From contig JBJHCT010000002.1 of the NCBI GenBank assembly GCA_050486185.1, forward strand, positions 1,623 to 65,622: a stretch of DNA of 64,000 bases, given 5' to 3'. This DNA is from Candidatus Saccharimonadota bacterium. Lineage in GTDB: Bacteria; Patescibacteriota; Saccharimonadia; QS-5-54-17. The notes beneath the pieces were generated by a model. That model searched no databases. It was not told the origin of the DNA and saw nothing but the letters and a program-made list of their open reading frames with translations. Position 1 is the stretch's first letter. Every line of letters begins with the position of its first letter. Below are positions 47,138-57,871 of this stretch, one piece after another. The translations under genes and the position numbers were made by a program.

Positions 47138-48814
47138 TTAGGAATGGTGGTTTTTGGCTAGGTGATTGATATGTTCTTGTTTGGCTCGAGCAAACTGCTC
47201 ATGGGCTTTTAGTCCGTGCCTCATGATTTTTTGGCTAATGTTTTTACTGCCCAAGAAATGAGGCATCATAACGTAATGAACTCCCATATCATAAAGTGCG
47301 TCGGCTTCATCGGACTCTTCGGCTTTAGCAATCACTACAGCTTTGGGATTGCACTCTAGAGCGTGCCTAGCCACTAAAGCATTAGTAGCATAATCACTAG
47401 TCGCAGCAATTACCATCTGGGCTGAGTCTAGGGGTAGGTCTTCTAGGAATTCAGCGTCGTTGGCATCACCATACAGGGCCTTGATGTTTTGTTTACTCAT
47501 GGACTCAATAACTTCGGGATCGTAATCTACCACTAGGTATTTTTTACCCAGCTTTTTAAAACTGTCAATCAGTGCGTGGCTACCGGTCTTGTAGCCAAAT
47601 AGTATGACATGATATTTTTCACCACTATCGGCCTTTTCTTTGGTGTTTTTGCGCTCAAATATCTTCAGGGCCGGTTCTAGTAAGTCATATAGTTTATCAG
47701 AGTAAATAATCATATAGGTGCTAACTGCGATAGTGATCATAGCTACTAGAGTCATCATAGAGACGATTTCATCGGTTATAAAGCCTTGCTCCCTGGCAAG
47801 TAGGAGTAATATCAAGGAGAATTCGCTGATCTGAGCTACGGTCAGACCGGCCTTAAAGCCGGTCTTCTTCTTAAACCCTAGAAGCTTCATGATACTCATG
47901 ACGATGATTTGGTTACCTATGAGTACAAAGATAGATAGGGCGATAGCTGGGATAATGCCGGCCCCAATGCTCATAATATCTAACTCAGCACCTAGGATAA
48001 TGAAGAATAGGACTATAAAGAAGTCACGAAGTGGACGCATCTTGGAAGCTACTTCAAAGGCATATGGTGAGCTAGCTAGAGCTACACCGGCAGCTAGTGC
48101 GCCTATCTCAATCGAGAAGCCGATAGCGTAAGCTAGTGAAGCTACACCAAAACCCCAGCCTATAGCAAAGAGGAATAGAAATTCTTGCGATTTTCCTAGG
48201 AATTTCTGTAAGTGAGGCAAGATATATACCGAAATTAAAGCAATTGCTGCTATAAAGGCGACACCTGCTAATATAGTGCTACTCATAGCTTCACCCAAGG
48301 ACTGATCTTGACCCATAGCGGTAACAGCTACAAGAGCCATAACAGCTACGATGTCTTGTACTAGCAAGAAGCCAGTGGCGATTTTGCCATATAGTCTATG
48401 GGTATCTTTACGGTCTGATAATAGTTTAAGGATAATAATAGTGCTGGAAAAACTTAAGCCCGCTGCTATATAGATAGAGTGGTTAGCGCTAAATCCTAAG
48501 GCTTGAGCGATTAGAAAGCCTATACTGGCGGTGAAAAGTATCTGCCCAACACCGGTCATGACGGCAATTTTGCCGACTTCTTTAATAACTCTAGGGTTAA
48601 GCCCTAGGCCGATAATAAACAACAGTAAAGCTATACCCATATGGGAAAATAGCTCTACTGTTTCAGCTGAATGAACTAGATCAAAAACGGTCGGACCGAC
48701 CAATAAACCGGTAATTATGTGACCGATTATCAGTGGCTGTTTCAACAGCTGCATCACGGCCGCTATCAAAGTAGCGACTACAAGAATTAAGCTGATTTCA
48801 AGAAATACGTCCAT
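47138..48814 (-). CDS. K+ efflux / cation:proton antiporter with C-terminal RCK (TrkA-N) domain
   Basis: CPA2 membrane domain plus VILFGYKTGSHALIDSF...YLVVDYD Rossmann RCK segment. Confidence 0.75.
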   Translation of the reverse strand: MDVFLEISLILVVATLIAAVMQLLKQPLIIGHIITGLLVGPTVFDLVHSAETVELFSHMGIALLLFIIGLGLNPRVIKEVGKIAVMTGVGQILFTASIGFLIAQALGFSANHSIYIAAGLSFSSTIIILKLLSDRKDTHRLYGKIATGFLLVQDIVAVMALVAVTAMGQDQSLGEAMSSTILAGVAFIAAIALISVYILPHLQKFLGKSQEFLFLFAIGWGFGVASLAYAIGFSIEIGALAAGVALASSPYAFEVASKMRPLRDFFIVLFFIILGAELDIMSIGAGIIPAIALSIFVLIGNQIIVMSIMKLLGFKKKTGFKAGLTVAQISEFSLILLLLAREQGFITDEIVSMMTLVAMITIAVSTYMIIYSDKLYDLLEPALKIFERKNTKEKADSGEKYHVILFGYKTGSHALIDSFKKLGKKYLVVDYDPEVIESMSKQNIKALYGDANDAEFLEDLPLDSAQMVIAATSDYATNALVARHALECNPKAVVIAKAEESDEADALYDMGVHYVMMPHFLGSKNISQKIMRHGLKAHEQFARAKQEHINHLAKNHHS

Positions 48815-48921
48815 AAAAAAGTTTTAACTCAATCTAAATAGCCCAGGAAGTTTAGATGTGATTTGTTACTATCTATTTTTAACGCCTGAGCTTAAAAAAT
48901 CGATAAAACTCTGCTCCTTTA

Positions 48922-48987
48922 AGCAGGAACAGCTACTTTAATTTCGATCTTTTGAGTAGTTGAGTATTGATTGATAGTGATAGCCAT
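48922..48987 (-). CDS. Possible 22-aa small ORF MAITINQYSTTQKIEIKVAVPA with strong SD
   Basis: AAAGGAG sits 6 nt before the ATG, in the 360-nt gap upstream of the KefB-like gene. Confidence 0.15.
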
Positions 48988-49175
48988 TTTTGACTCCTTT
49001 TTGTTTTTTAACATAGACCAAGACACCGTCAACTTGTTTCAAAGGTGACTATTATTCTAGATTATGTCTGTTTTGTTAATTTTTTATTTTTGCTTGCCAA
49101 GAAACTAGTCTTGGTAACCATGTCACTAGTATGTCGCAAAAGCACAAGCTTTGTCAACTCTGATACACTATAATT

Positions 49176-50537
49176 ATGTTTATTAACCTGCCCAAGGACA
49201 AACTACAAAAGAGTTTGGGCTTACTCACGCTATGTGTTATTGGTGTAGGCGGTACAGTTGGCGGCGGCATTTTTGTATTACTTAGCCCAGGAGCTGCCGT
49301 AGCAGGAGATTTCTTGCCGCTATCGTTTATCTTAGGTGGAGTATTGGCCTTTATGGGGGCATTGCTTTATGCCGAATTAGGTACAACTATACCTAGATCG
49401 GGTTCAAGTATAGAACTAGTATTTTCTACTACCAGGCATAAGTACTATCCCTTCATATTCTCCTGGCTAGTACTCCTAGGCGACGTTAGTTACTTAGTAA
49501 TTAATGCTTTGGGCCTAGCTTTTTATGCCAACTTCTTCATCAGTATCAACCCACTGATAATTGCTTTGGTCGGATTGATTCTTGTTGGTTTACTCAATCT
49601 TTTGGGCGCTTCAACCACGGGTCGTGGCGAAGTCTTTACCGAAACAACCTTGGTTTTCTTGCTGCTGAGTTTCGTAGCCTTAGCTCTAGTTGGTTCAGAT
49701 ACATATGCTCCTGGTGAGTTTATCTCTCAAGTACCTCTCAATCTACTGCCTATAATCGCTGGTACTGCCATAGTCTTTACCGCTTTTGTTGGTTATGAAT
49801 ATATCGCCTCGGTTGCTGGTGAAGCTAAAGATCCAGGCAAAAACATCCCTAAAGCTTTGATGATTACTATAGTGGTAGCTACAGTGATATTTGCATCTGT
49901 ATCGTATGCAGCTCTTAAGCTAGTATCACCCAGCAGTTTAGCTGAAGCTGATGCACCCCTGCTCCTAGCTGCTGAACAGCTGGGAGCTGTTGGTATGTGG
50001 ATTGTTCTACCAGCCGCCATTATGGCTACAACTGGTTCCTTAATAGCGGCTACTTTAGTATCCTCCAGGAGACTGTATGCCTTGTCTCGTCAAGGCTACA
50101 TGCGATCAGTATTTTCTAAAGTCAATAAGTTTGATGTACCCCATAGATCGATTTTAGGAGTATTAATCCTAGCAGTATTCTTGCTACTTACTAATTCGGT
50201 AGCCTTCACCGCCTATATCGGCAACACGGTTTATTTAATAGTGCTAATTACTATCGCCATATCACTGCTTAAATTCCGCAAACAAAGACCGTATCTAAAC
50301 AGGCCTTTTAAAGCACCATTCTTCCCCTGGATGCCGATGTTTGTAGTGGCTCTAGCAGGGTCAATACTGCTATTTGTCGATAAAATTTCAGTAGCTGTTA
50401 CTGCTTTGTGGATAATACTGGGTTACTTTGTGTATCTAGCTACACGCATATCCCAACCGAAACTGTATTACGGTATGTGGGGCGGGGTAGTGTTCTTGCT
50501 ACTAGTAGGCTTCTTAGGTATTTTATACCTACTCTAG
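49176..50537 (+). CDS. APC-family amino acid permease
   Basis: 453 aa, about 12 TM helices, N-terminal GGTVGGGIFVL motif. Confidence 0.75.
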   Translation: MFINLPKDKLQKSLGLLTLCVIGVGGTVGGGIFVLLSPGAAVAGDFLPLSFILGGVLAFMGALLYAELGTTIPRSGSSIELVFSTTRHKYYPFIFSWLVLLGDVSYLVINALGLAFYANFFISINPLIIALVGLILVGLLNLLGASTTGRGEVFTETTLVFLLLSFVALALVGSDTYAPGEFISQVPLNLLPIIAGTAIVFTAFVGYEYIASVAGEAKDPGKNIPKALMITIVVATVIFASVSYAALKLVSPSSLAEADAPLLLAAEQLGAVGMWIVLPAAIMATTGSLIAATLVSSRRLYALSRQGYMRSVFSKVNKFDVPHRSILGVLILAVFLLLTNSVAFTAYIGNTVYLIVLITIAISLLKFRKQRPYLNRPFKAPFFPWMPMFVVALAGSILLFVDKISVAVTALWIILGYFVYLATRISQPKLYYGMWGGVVFLLLVGFLGILYLL

Positions 50538-51047
50538 AATCAATAAAATACCGGCAAAGACAGTTAGTAGGCCGTAAACTAGACCTAGAGCCGCTATGTA
50601 GTTTCGTATCTCAGGGGCAGTGACTAGATCTGTAAATCCAGTGATTAATCCAGCCGCAGCAACTAGCAATAAAAACCCACCTAAAATACAAGCTCCACCA
50701 ACGACTGGCCTTAGTCTGTGGTTATTGGCGATATCATACATTTTCGAGACTGTCTCCTCGGCTTTTTCGGTTTCTTTTTCTACTTCTTTGAGCAACTTAT
50801 TAACATCTTCTTGATCTGTCAACGTACCGGCATAGTTATGTAGTGCGGTAGTTTTAATAGCTTCATTCGTTCTAACTTCACTGCGGATTTTATCCCAGTC
50901 AGCTTCTTCAGAAAACTGCTGATCATAATTAGCATTGAGCCAGCTAGTAAAATCCTTTTTAGCAGCGTTATTAGCGATGAATTCTAGTACTAATGAACGC
51001 TCTTTTTGTTTATCTGTGTTGGTGTGATTATTATTCATGAGCCCCAT
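50529..51047 (-). CDS. Hypothetical protein with two C-terminal TM helices
   Basis: ORF only. Confidence 0.35.
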   Translation of the reverse strand: MGLMNNNHTNTDKQKERSLVLEFIANNAAKKDFTSWLNANYDQQFSEEADWDKIRSEVRTNEAIKTTALHNYAGTLTDQEDVNKLLKEVEKETEKAEETVSKMYDIANNHRLRPVVGGACILGGFLLLVAAAGLITGFTDLVTAPEIRNYIAALGLVYGLLTVFAGILLILE

Positions 51048-51136
51048 TGTATCATAACTGTTTTAGGTTGCTGTCTTTGCTAGTTTAACCTGATACCTAT
51101 TTGCCAATCTTAGCAATATCGTTGATACTAGAATAG

Positions 51137-52495
51137 ATGAAATATATGAGTATCAATCAAACTCCTGAATCTCTCGGTCAAGAAGTAACTGTCTGTGGCT
51201 GGGTGCATAGCATTCGAGATATGGGCAAAATGGCCTTTATAGACTTACGAGATCCTAGTGGTCTTCTGCAGATAGTTATCTCTAGCGACGAACTACCTAA
51301 AGTAGGCCCAGAGTGGGTAGTAGAGGTTACTGGCGAGGTTAAAGCTAGGGGTGAGAAGTTTATTAACCCCAATCTTGAAACTGGCAAAATCGAACTTAAA
51401 GCTAGTGATATTAAAGTAGTTAATAAATCAGAAGAACTACCCATAGAGATCAAGAAAGATACCATTAGTATTAACGAAGAAGTTAGGCTCAAGTATCGCT
51501 ACTTAGATATGCGCTCAGAACGGATGAGCAAAAACCTCAAGCTTAGACATAAAAGCCTGCAATTTATCAGAAACTACCTATCAAACAATGACTTTTTAGA
51601 GATAGATACACCAATGCTAACTAAAGGTACTCCAGAAGGTGCTAGGGAATATATCGTGCCTTCAAGGCTGCACAGTGGTAAGTTCTATGTACTACCTCAA
51701 TCACCACAGCAGTTTAAACAGCTGTTGATGGTGGCAGGAGTCGGTAAATACTTCCAGATTGCTAAGTGCTTGCGTGATGAAGATCAAAGAGGTGATCGGC
51801 AGCCTGAGTTTACTCAAATCGATATAGAGATGTCGTTTGTGGCAAGAGATGACGTATTAGAGACTAACGAAGCGATGATGCGCGAGCTAGTTAAACAGGT
51901 TGCATCCGAGAAAAAGATCAGTGTTGACTTCAAACAGCTAAGTTACGATGAGGCTGTGGAAAAATATGGCACTGATAAGCCGGATTTGAGAAAAGATCCT
52001 AACGACCCTAATGAACTAGCTTTTGTCTGGATTACTGACTTTCCTATGTTTGAAGAAAAAGAAGGTAGATTAGAGGCTATGCACCACCCCTTCACAGCTC
52101 CACTAGTAGAAGATATCGATAAGCTAGAGAGTAAGCCTAAGGAAGTTAGAGCTGATGCCTATGATTTGGTATTAAATGGTTTTGAAATAGCTGGTGGATC
52201 GATGAGAATTAGTGATTCTAACTTGCAGCATAAAGTATTTGAGCTGCTTGAGTTAGATGAGCAAGAGATTGATAGGCGATTTGGGCATATACTAGAAGCC
52301 TTTAAATACGGCACTCCACCACATGGCGGTATAGCCTATGGATTCGATAGATTATTAATGATACTAGCTGGAGAACCTAACATCCGTGAAGTCATGGCTT
52401 TTCCAAAAACTGGCGATGGCCGCGATCCATTAACTGGAGCTCCTACTGAACTAGATGAGTCGATCCTCAAAGAAGCTAATATTAAGAATATCTAA
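51137..52495 (+). CDS. aspS: Aspartyl-tRNA synthetase, bacterial-type core lacking the GAD insertion domain
   Basis: QSPQQFKQLLMVAGVGKYFQIAKCLRDEDQRGDRQPEFTQIDIEMSF, YGTDKPDLR, then directly WITDFPMFE...MHHPFTAP and motif 3 GGIAYGFDRLLM. Confidence 0.85.
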   Translation: MKYMSINQTPESLGQEVTVCGWVHSIRDMGKMAFIDLRDPSGLLQIVISSDELPKVGPEWVVEVTGEVKARGEKFINPNLETGKIELKASDIKVVNKSEELPIEIKKDTISINEEVRLKYRYLDMRSERMSKNLKLRHKSLQFIRNYLSNNDFLEIDTPMLTKGTPEGAREYIVPSRLHSGKFYVLPQSPQQFKQLLMVAGVGKYFQIAKCLRDEDQRGDRQPEFTQIDIEMSFVARDDVLETNEAMMRELVKQVASEKKISVDFKQLSYDEAVEKYGTDKPDLRKDPNDPNELAFVWITDFPMFEEKEGRLEAMHHPFTAPLVEDIDKLESKPKEVRADAYDLVLNGFEIAGGSMRISDSNLQHKVFELLELDEQEIDRRFGHILEAFKYGTPPHGGIAYGFDRLLMILAGEPNIREVMAFPKTGDGRDPLTGAPTELDESILKEANIKNI

Positions 52496-52517
52496 GAGTC
52501 AGGGAAGGAATATCTGA

Positions 52518-53246
52518 ATGTCTGGTCACTCAAAATGGCACTCTATCAAACACAAAAAAGGCGCCGCCGATGCTAAGCGAGGCAAAGAGTTTACCAAGCT
52601 AGGTAACGCCATTGCTATCGCTGCTCGAGATGGATCAGATCCTGAGATTAATTTCCGTCTGCGCCTAGCTATAGATAAAGCTAGAGTTGCTAATATGCCC
52701 AATGCCAATATCGACAAAGCAGTAGCTCGTGGTAGCGGTCAACTAGAAGGTGAACAGATTCAAGAAATTATCTATGAAGGTTACGGCCCAGGCGGCATAG
52801 CTGTGATTGTCGAGGCGGCTACCGATAATAAGAACAGAGCCTATTCAGATATCCGTACCGCTTTTTCTAAAAATGGCGGCAATATCGCCGAATCAGGCGC
52901 CGTAGCTTATCAGTTCGATAGAAGAGGCATTATCGTATTAGAGACTGGCGACATGGATGAAGCTACTTTAGTTGCTATCGATGCTGGAGCTGTTGATGTT
53001 GAAGAGGGAGAAGATGTCTTAACTGTCTACACCGAAGCTAAGGAACTAGCCAAGGTTACTAAAACCTTGGGTGAGAGTTACAAAATTAACTCATCTGAGC
53101 TGGGCTACGTACCACAAAGTACAATTATGCTAGATGATAAATCTACGTCTATGAAGGCTATTAACTTGATGAATGCTTTAGAAGAGTTAGATGATGTAGC
53201 TAACACTTACAGCAATTTCGATATAGCAGATGATGTAGAGATATAG
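52518..53246 (+). CDS. yebC: YebC/PmpR family DNA-binding regulator
   Basis: MSGHSKWHSIKHKKGAADAKRGK. Confidence 0.88.
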   Translation: MSGHSKWHSIKHKKGAADAKRGKEFTKLGNAIAIAARDGSDPEINFRLRLAIDKARVANMPNANIDKAVARGSGQLEGEQIQEIIYEGYGPGGIAVIVEAATDNKNRAYSDIRTAFSKNGGNIAESGAVAYQFDRRGIIVLETGDMDEATLVAIDAGAVDVEEGEDVLTVYTEAKELAKVTKTLGESYKINSSELGYVPQSTIMLDDKSTSMKAINLMNALEELDDVANTYSNFDIADDVEI

Positions 53247-53258
53247 GGGTATTTTAGC

Positions 53259-53729
53259 GTGGTGAGAATTTTCGGCATAGACCCAGGTACAGCTATTACC
53301 GGTTTTGGAGTGGTGGATGTTGACGGCGATAATTTTAAATTTGTCGATGCTGGGGTGATTCGCACCCCCGCCAAACAAGCATTAGAGCTGAGACTCGAGA
53401 CTATATATGCAGATTTAAGTGAGCTTATTAAGCAACACAGCCCTAAATTCGTAGCCATAGAGAACCTCTATTTCGCTAGTAACGTTAAAACTGCCATGTC
53501 GGTGGCTCAGGCTAGGGGAGTAGCTATGTTAGCTACTATGCATGCTGGAGCGGAAGTAGTAGAGTATACCCCTCTGCAGGTTAAACAAGCTATAACCGGG
53601 TATGGCAAGGCAGAGAAGAGGCAGATGCAAGAAATGGTCAAGGTGTTACTTAGTATGAATGACATTCCAAAGCCTGATGATGCGGCCGATGCCCTAGCAC
53701 TTGCTATATGTCATGGGCAGAGTCTATAG
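53259..53729 (+). CDS. ruvC: Holliday junction resolvase RuvC (GTG start)
   Basis: RIFGIDPGTAITGFGVVD...DAADALALAICH. Confidence 0.88.
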   Translation: MVRIFGIDPGTAITGFGVVDVDGDNFKFVDAGVIRTPAKQALELRLETIYADLSELIKQHSPKFVAIENLYFASNVKTAMSVAQARGVAMLATMHAGAEVVEYTPLQVKQAITGYGKAEKRQMQEMVKVLLSMNDIPKPDDAADALALAICHGQSL

Positions 53730-53750
53730 CCTACCTGTATAATACTAACT

Positions 53751-54311
53751 ATGATTGCAACCATATCAGGAGTAGTAAGCGAGAAACTAGAGGCTTCAGT
53801 AGTAGTTGAAGCCAATGGAGTCGGCTACCTACTAGCTGTTTCAGCTAGTGACTACCAATCACTAGAAGTAGATAGTGAGACTCGCCTGTATGTTTATGAG
53901 GTTATTAGAGAAGATGCTTACGATCTGTATGGTTTCTTAGAGTCGATCGGCAAGATCATCTTCAAACAGCTCTTGAGTGTATCTGGAGTTGGTCCTAAAG
54001 CCGCTATAGCTATCCTATCTATCGCCTCGATCGATAAAGTTCAAGAAGCCATAGCAGTAGGAGATATAAGTTTCTTGCAGTCTGCTGATGGTGTAGGTAA
54101 GCGTACAGCCGAGAGGATTGCCGTTGAGCTAAAAGATAAAGTCATAGCAGATACTTATGCTGGCTCAAGTAGTACTACTTCAGATACAGCTATCGAAGCT
54201 TTGGAATCTTTGGGCTATTCACGTAGTGTGGCCTTAAAGGCACTATCTAAGGTACCTAAAGACCTAAGCGATGAGGAGAGAATTAAACAAGCCCTAGGAG
54301 AGATGAAGTGA
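53751..54311 (+). CDS. ruvA: Holliday junction branch migration protein RuvA
   Basis: OB domain, HhH pairs ([12 protein letters not shown]), C-terminal domain III. Confidence 0.85.
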   Translation: MIATISGVVSEKLEASVVVEANGVGYLLAVSASDYQSLEVDSETRLYVYEVIREDAYDLYGFLESIGKIIFKQLLSVSGVGPKAAIAILSIASIDKVQEAIAVGDISFLQSADGVGKRTAERIAVELKDKVIADTYAGSSSTTSDTAIEALESLGYSRSVALKALSKVPKDLSDEERIKQALGEMK

Positions 54312-55342
54312 TAGATCGAGTAGTTGATGCAAAGCCTAAAAGCCAAGATGATGATGAGGATATTCAGCTTGAGAGTTTGCGGCCTAATGTATTTGATGAG
54401 TATGTTGGCCAAGAGCAAGCCAAACGTAACCTCAAACTAGCTATCAAAGCTTCAAAGAAGCGAGGTGAGGCTATCGATCATGTCTTGCTTCATGGCCCTC
54501 CAGGCTTAGGTAAAACTACTCTAGCTGGAGTGATTGCACATGAGATGGGGTCGAGCTTTCGTATTACCTCTGGTCCAGCTATAGAACGGGCCGGTGATCT
54601 AGCCTCATTATTAACTAGTCTCAAAGACGGCGATATCTTATTCATTGATGAGATCCACAGACTACCTAGAACCGTAGAAGAGGTTTTGTATCCAGCTATG
54701 GAGGATTTTCGCCTAGATATTATGATAGGCAAGGGTCCGTCGGCTAGATCTTTACGTCTTGACTTGCCAAGATTCACTATTATCGGTGCTACTACTAGGG
54801 TTGGATCTCTATCGGCACCTTTGCGTGATCGTTTCGGTATGGTCCATAGACTAGAATTTTATTCTCATGATGAGATGATAGAGATTCTCAAACGCTCAGC
54901 TCGCATAATCGAGATGGAACTAGAAGCTAGTGCTGCTTTAGAGATAGCTAGACGCTCAAGGCTGACTCCCAGGGTGGCTAATCGCCTGTTGCGCAGAGTT
55001 AGAGATTTAGCAGAGGTTGAGGGTGATGGTAGAGCTACGCATAGCACAACCAAGGATGCGCTGGCGATGTTAGAGATAGATGAACTGGGCCTAGATGCGG
55101 GCGATAGAGGTCTTTTAAGCGCAATCATCGAGAGTTATAGTGGCGGTCCGGTCGGAATCGATACTATAGCTGCTTTAATTAGCGAGGAACGTTCTACTAT
55201 TGAAGATGTCTATGAGCCGTATTTGATGCAGATAGGGTTCTTGGAGCGTACCCCTAGAGGTAGGAAAGTCAGTCCCAAAGCCTATGAACATCTAGGCTAC
55301 GAATCAAAAACAGCCAAAGATAACGAGCAGCAGCTACTATAG
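54308..55342 (+). CDS. ruvB: Holliday junction helicase RuvB
   Basis: Walker [12 protein letters not shown], sensor motifs, winged helix. Confidence 0.92.
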   Translation: MIDRVVDAKPKSQDDDEDIQLESLRPNVFDEYVGQEQAKRNLKLAIKASKKRGEAIDHVLLHGPPGLGKTTLAGVIAHEMGSSFRITSGPAIERAGDLASLLTSLKDGDILFIDEIHRLPRTVEEVLYPAMEDFRLDIMIGKGPSARSLRLDLPRFTIIGATTRVGSLSAPLRDRFGMVHRLEFYSHDEMIEILKRSARIIEMELEASAALEIARRSRLTPRVANRLLRRVRDLAEVEGDGRATHSTTKDALAMLEIDELGLDAGDRGLLSAIIESYSGGPVGIDTIAALISEERSTIEDVYEPYLMQIGFLERTPRGRKVSPKAYEHLGYESKTAKDNEQQLL

Positions 55343-55347
55343 TTTCT

Positions 55348-55656
55348 TTAAGGGCTAAAAGGATCCTGAGTACCTAAGTCTCCCAAAGACTCATCGACAT
55401 TAACCTCTACTAGATTGTCTATTTTATCTCTTAATTCCTCATCTACATTAATACCGATTTGCTGGCTTTCAAATAGTTGCTCCAAGCGTCGGTTTTCATC
55501 GATAACTGGGTTGCTAATTGGTCTAATCTTGATCAACGTATAGCCAAACAGTACCAGAATAAGCAACCAAATAGCTATTAAGCGGTAGCGAGATATAAAT
55601 CTAATACCTTTCTTGGCTGTTAGTAGTAGTTGGTCTTTATCAGGTAATAACTTCAT
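55348..55656 (-). CDS. Small single-TM protein after pilO (102 aa), C-terminal QDPFSP
   Basis: Position and tail motif parallel the 40559..40813 ORF. Confidence 0.3.
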   Translation of the reverse strand: MKLLPDKDQLLLTAKKGIRFISRYRLIAIWLLILVLFGYTLIKIRPISNPVIDENRRLEQLFESQQIGINVDEELRDKIDNLVEVNVDESLGDLGTQDPFSP

Positions 55657-56210
55657 GGCTTCAAAAATACCTCTAAATTAATACTAAACTGCAGTCCACT
55701 GCCAGATCTTGATATGTTTAGGTTACTTATCTGCATATGCCTCTTATTATTTTCAAGAGCCTCTAAAAGCTGAATAAATTCTTGGTATGAGCTTACGATC
55801 TGGAATCTAACCGGCATTATTCTCACATTAGGTATGCTAGAAGTTAGGGTTTGACTAATTTCACCGGGTCTGCCGCTCGTTGATTCAAAACTCAAACCTC
55901 TTAATTCAAGCCCGACACTACTGACTATAGCCTGTAGCTGTAGGGCTACTTTGGCCTGTTCTTTTTCTTCTGGTAGTATCTTGTACACACTGTCTCGTAG
56001 ATCAGCCAACTCAGCGTATTCTTGCTCGAGTTGCTCTAAGCTAGTCAACCTTTCGTTGATTACCGATATATCAGTCATTAGTACTGATAGATTATCGGCT
56101 TTACCAGCTAAAGCCCTATGACTCATCCAGAAGCCAACCAGTCCAACCATAATTACTAAGCTCACAATAGTCACGAGAGTGATGAAGAGTTGTTTGGGGG
56201 TGATATTCAT
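55653..56210 (-). CDS. pilO: PilO-like bitopic protein
   Basis: TM helix plus coiled-coil; gene order. Confidence 0.45.
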   Translation of the reverse strand: MNITPKQLFITLVTIVSLVIMVGLVGFWMSHRALAGKADNLSVLMTDISVINERLTSLEQLEQEYAELADLRDSVYKILPEEKEQAKVALQLQAIVSSVGLELRGLSFESTSGRPGEISQTLTSSIPNVRIMPVRFQIVSSYQEFIQLLEALENNKRHMQISNLNISRSGSGLQFSINLEVFLKP

Positions 56211-56746
56211 CTGGCTGCTCCCTCACTAAATTTCATAACTACCTCTACGTTATATCCATTTGAACCGGCAGAAATGGATTGAGTGTCAACAGATTCAATA
56301 CGGGCGCTACTGCTTAGAGCTTCTTGAAGCAGGCTGGCTTGATTGAACGATCTAGTGGTAACAGTAATCCTGACAGGCTGATCATCCTGGCCAGTTAGTA
56401 CGATGCTGTTTATGTAGGCATCAGGCGGCAAGGTATCGGCTAGATCCTCTAACAAGGCGCTAAACCTGGTCTGCTGAGACATCAGCTGATCAATGGTATT
56501 AAGCCGATTATTCAACGAGGAGACATTAGTTTCTAAATCCTGGTAGCTATTTAGTTGCTGCTGTGATCTGGCTAATGACTGAGAATACTCCTCGATCTGC
56601 CTATCGGCAAAAACGTGAGCAGTGTATAGGGTTGCTGCTAGAAGCAGTGATAGGCCGACAATTAATATTAGTAGCCGCAACAAAAGAATGTTATGTTTGG
56701 AAAACTTAACCTGATCTTTTAACTCTGGAGGCAGCAAGTTAATCAT
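56207..56746 (-). CDS. pilN: PilN-like bitopic protein
   Basis: MINLLPPELK start then TM helix, typical PilN N-terminus. Confidence 0.55.
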   Translation of the reverse strand: MINLLPPELKDQVKFSKHNILLLRLLILIVGLSLLLAATLYTAHVFADRQIEEYSQSLARSQQQLNSYQDLETNVSSLNNRLNTIDQLMSQQTRFSALLEDLADTLPPDAYINSIVLTGQDDQPVRITVTTRSFNQASLLQEALSSSARIESVDTQSISAGSNGYNVEVVMKFSEGAAR

Positions 56747-57803
56747 CGCTAACCTCCTTAAGAGCTAAGCCAACAGCGGTAGTGTATAAAGATACCTCGT
56801 TTTTATGGGGTGGCTGTAAAGGGGAGACTTTGATATTAGCCAAAGGGTTACAGGTGCTAACCGGTATACCGGTTAAATGGGCTATAAAGTCACTCATGCC
56901 CGGTAAGGATGATCCACCACCTACGACAACTATCTCTTCAATATGCTGATCGAATTTAGAGTGCTCATGGTGGTATCTAAGCATTTTCTGAACTTCATTA
57001 GCTAAAGAGTTTAGCATAGGCGATAGTACTGAAGTTAGCTGAGACTGCCACTTACTTTCTGTAATGCCGTAACGATTCTTGATTTTCTGGGCTTGATGCT
57101 TATCGATTCCTAGCGCTTGAGCAATAGCATTGGTTATATCTAAACCACCAGTGTCTACAGAACCGATTAGCTGTAAACCTTGATCGTAAATAGCTAGGTC
57201 GCTAGACTCGGCCCCGAAGTCAATAATTACTTTGGGTTTTTGATTACCCACACTATGGTTAACAGCTCTAACAATAGCTGATAGGTTAGGCTCAATAATC
57301 TCTACCTCGAGACCTAAAACGCCAAAAAGATTAATATATGAATCAACCACTTTTTTAGGAGTAGCTACTATCAAAACTAGCATTTCATCACTCTTTTCAT
57401 CAGCATCTTTGGTGATAGTGTAATCTAAATATATTTGATCAGGTGGCAAGGGTACATACTGTTCAGCCTGCATGCGTATAGCGGTCTCTAAGTCATCACC
57501 GCTAAGCCTAGGCAGAGTGATAGCTCTGGCGAATATCTGTGAAGTAGGGATAGATATAGCTACTCGATTGGTAGTAACTTCGCCGATAATCGATTGACCT
57601 AGTAGTTCTTTAATCGACTGGGCAATTACTTGAGGTTGTTTAATCTCTCCACCCTCAATAGCTTTTGGATCAAAGCTATTGTAGCCATAACCAACTGCCT
57701 CTACTTGATTTTTGGTCTTTGATATCTGGGCTACTTTAATAGTCTGTAGTCCAATATCTACTCCAAATATGGGTTTTTGTTTATAAAACAGTGCTTTACT
57801 CAT
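56739..57803 (-). CDS. pilM: Type IV pilus assembly protein PilM
   Basis: IFGVDIGLQTIKVAQI, VVGGGSSLPG. Confidence 0.75.
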   Translation of the reverse strand: MSKALFYKQKPIFGVDIGLQTIKVAQISKTKNQVEAVGYGYNSFDPKAIEGGEIKQPQVIAQSIKELLGQSIIGEVTTNRVAISIPTSQIFARAITLPRLSGDDLETAIRMQAEQYVPLPPDQIYLDYTITKDADEKSDEMLVLIVATPKKVVDSYINLFGVLGLEVEIIEPNLSAIVRAVNHSVGNQKPKVIIDFGAESSDLAIYDQGLQLIGSVDTGGLDITNAIAQALGIDKHQAQKIKNRYGITESKWQSQLTSVLSPMLNSLANEVQKMLRYHHEHSKFDQHIEEIVVVGGGSSLPGMSDFIAHLTGIPVSTCNPLANIKVSPLQPPHKNEVSLYTTAVGLALKEVSDD

Positions 57804-57871
57804 AATATTACCATTAGCATTATATCAGGGATAGTTAACCAGTGCGATTGGGAGTAGTCTGTATATTCTCC

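Noticed and set aside
49166-49178. TATAAT hexamer 1 nt before the permease ATG, read as a leaderless-mRNA promoter
   Set aside because: The spacing would put the transcription start inside the ORF, and no matching -35 lies at 16-18 nt. It is probably just AT-rich sequence.
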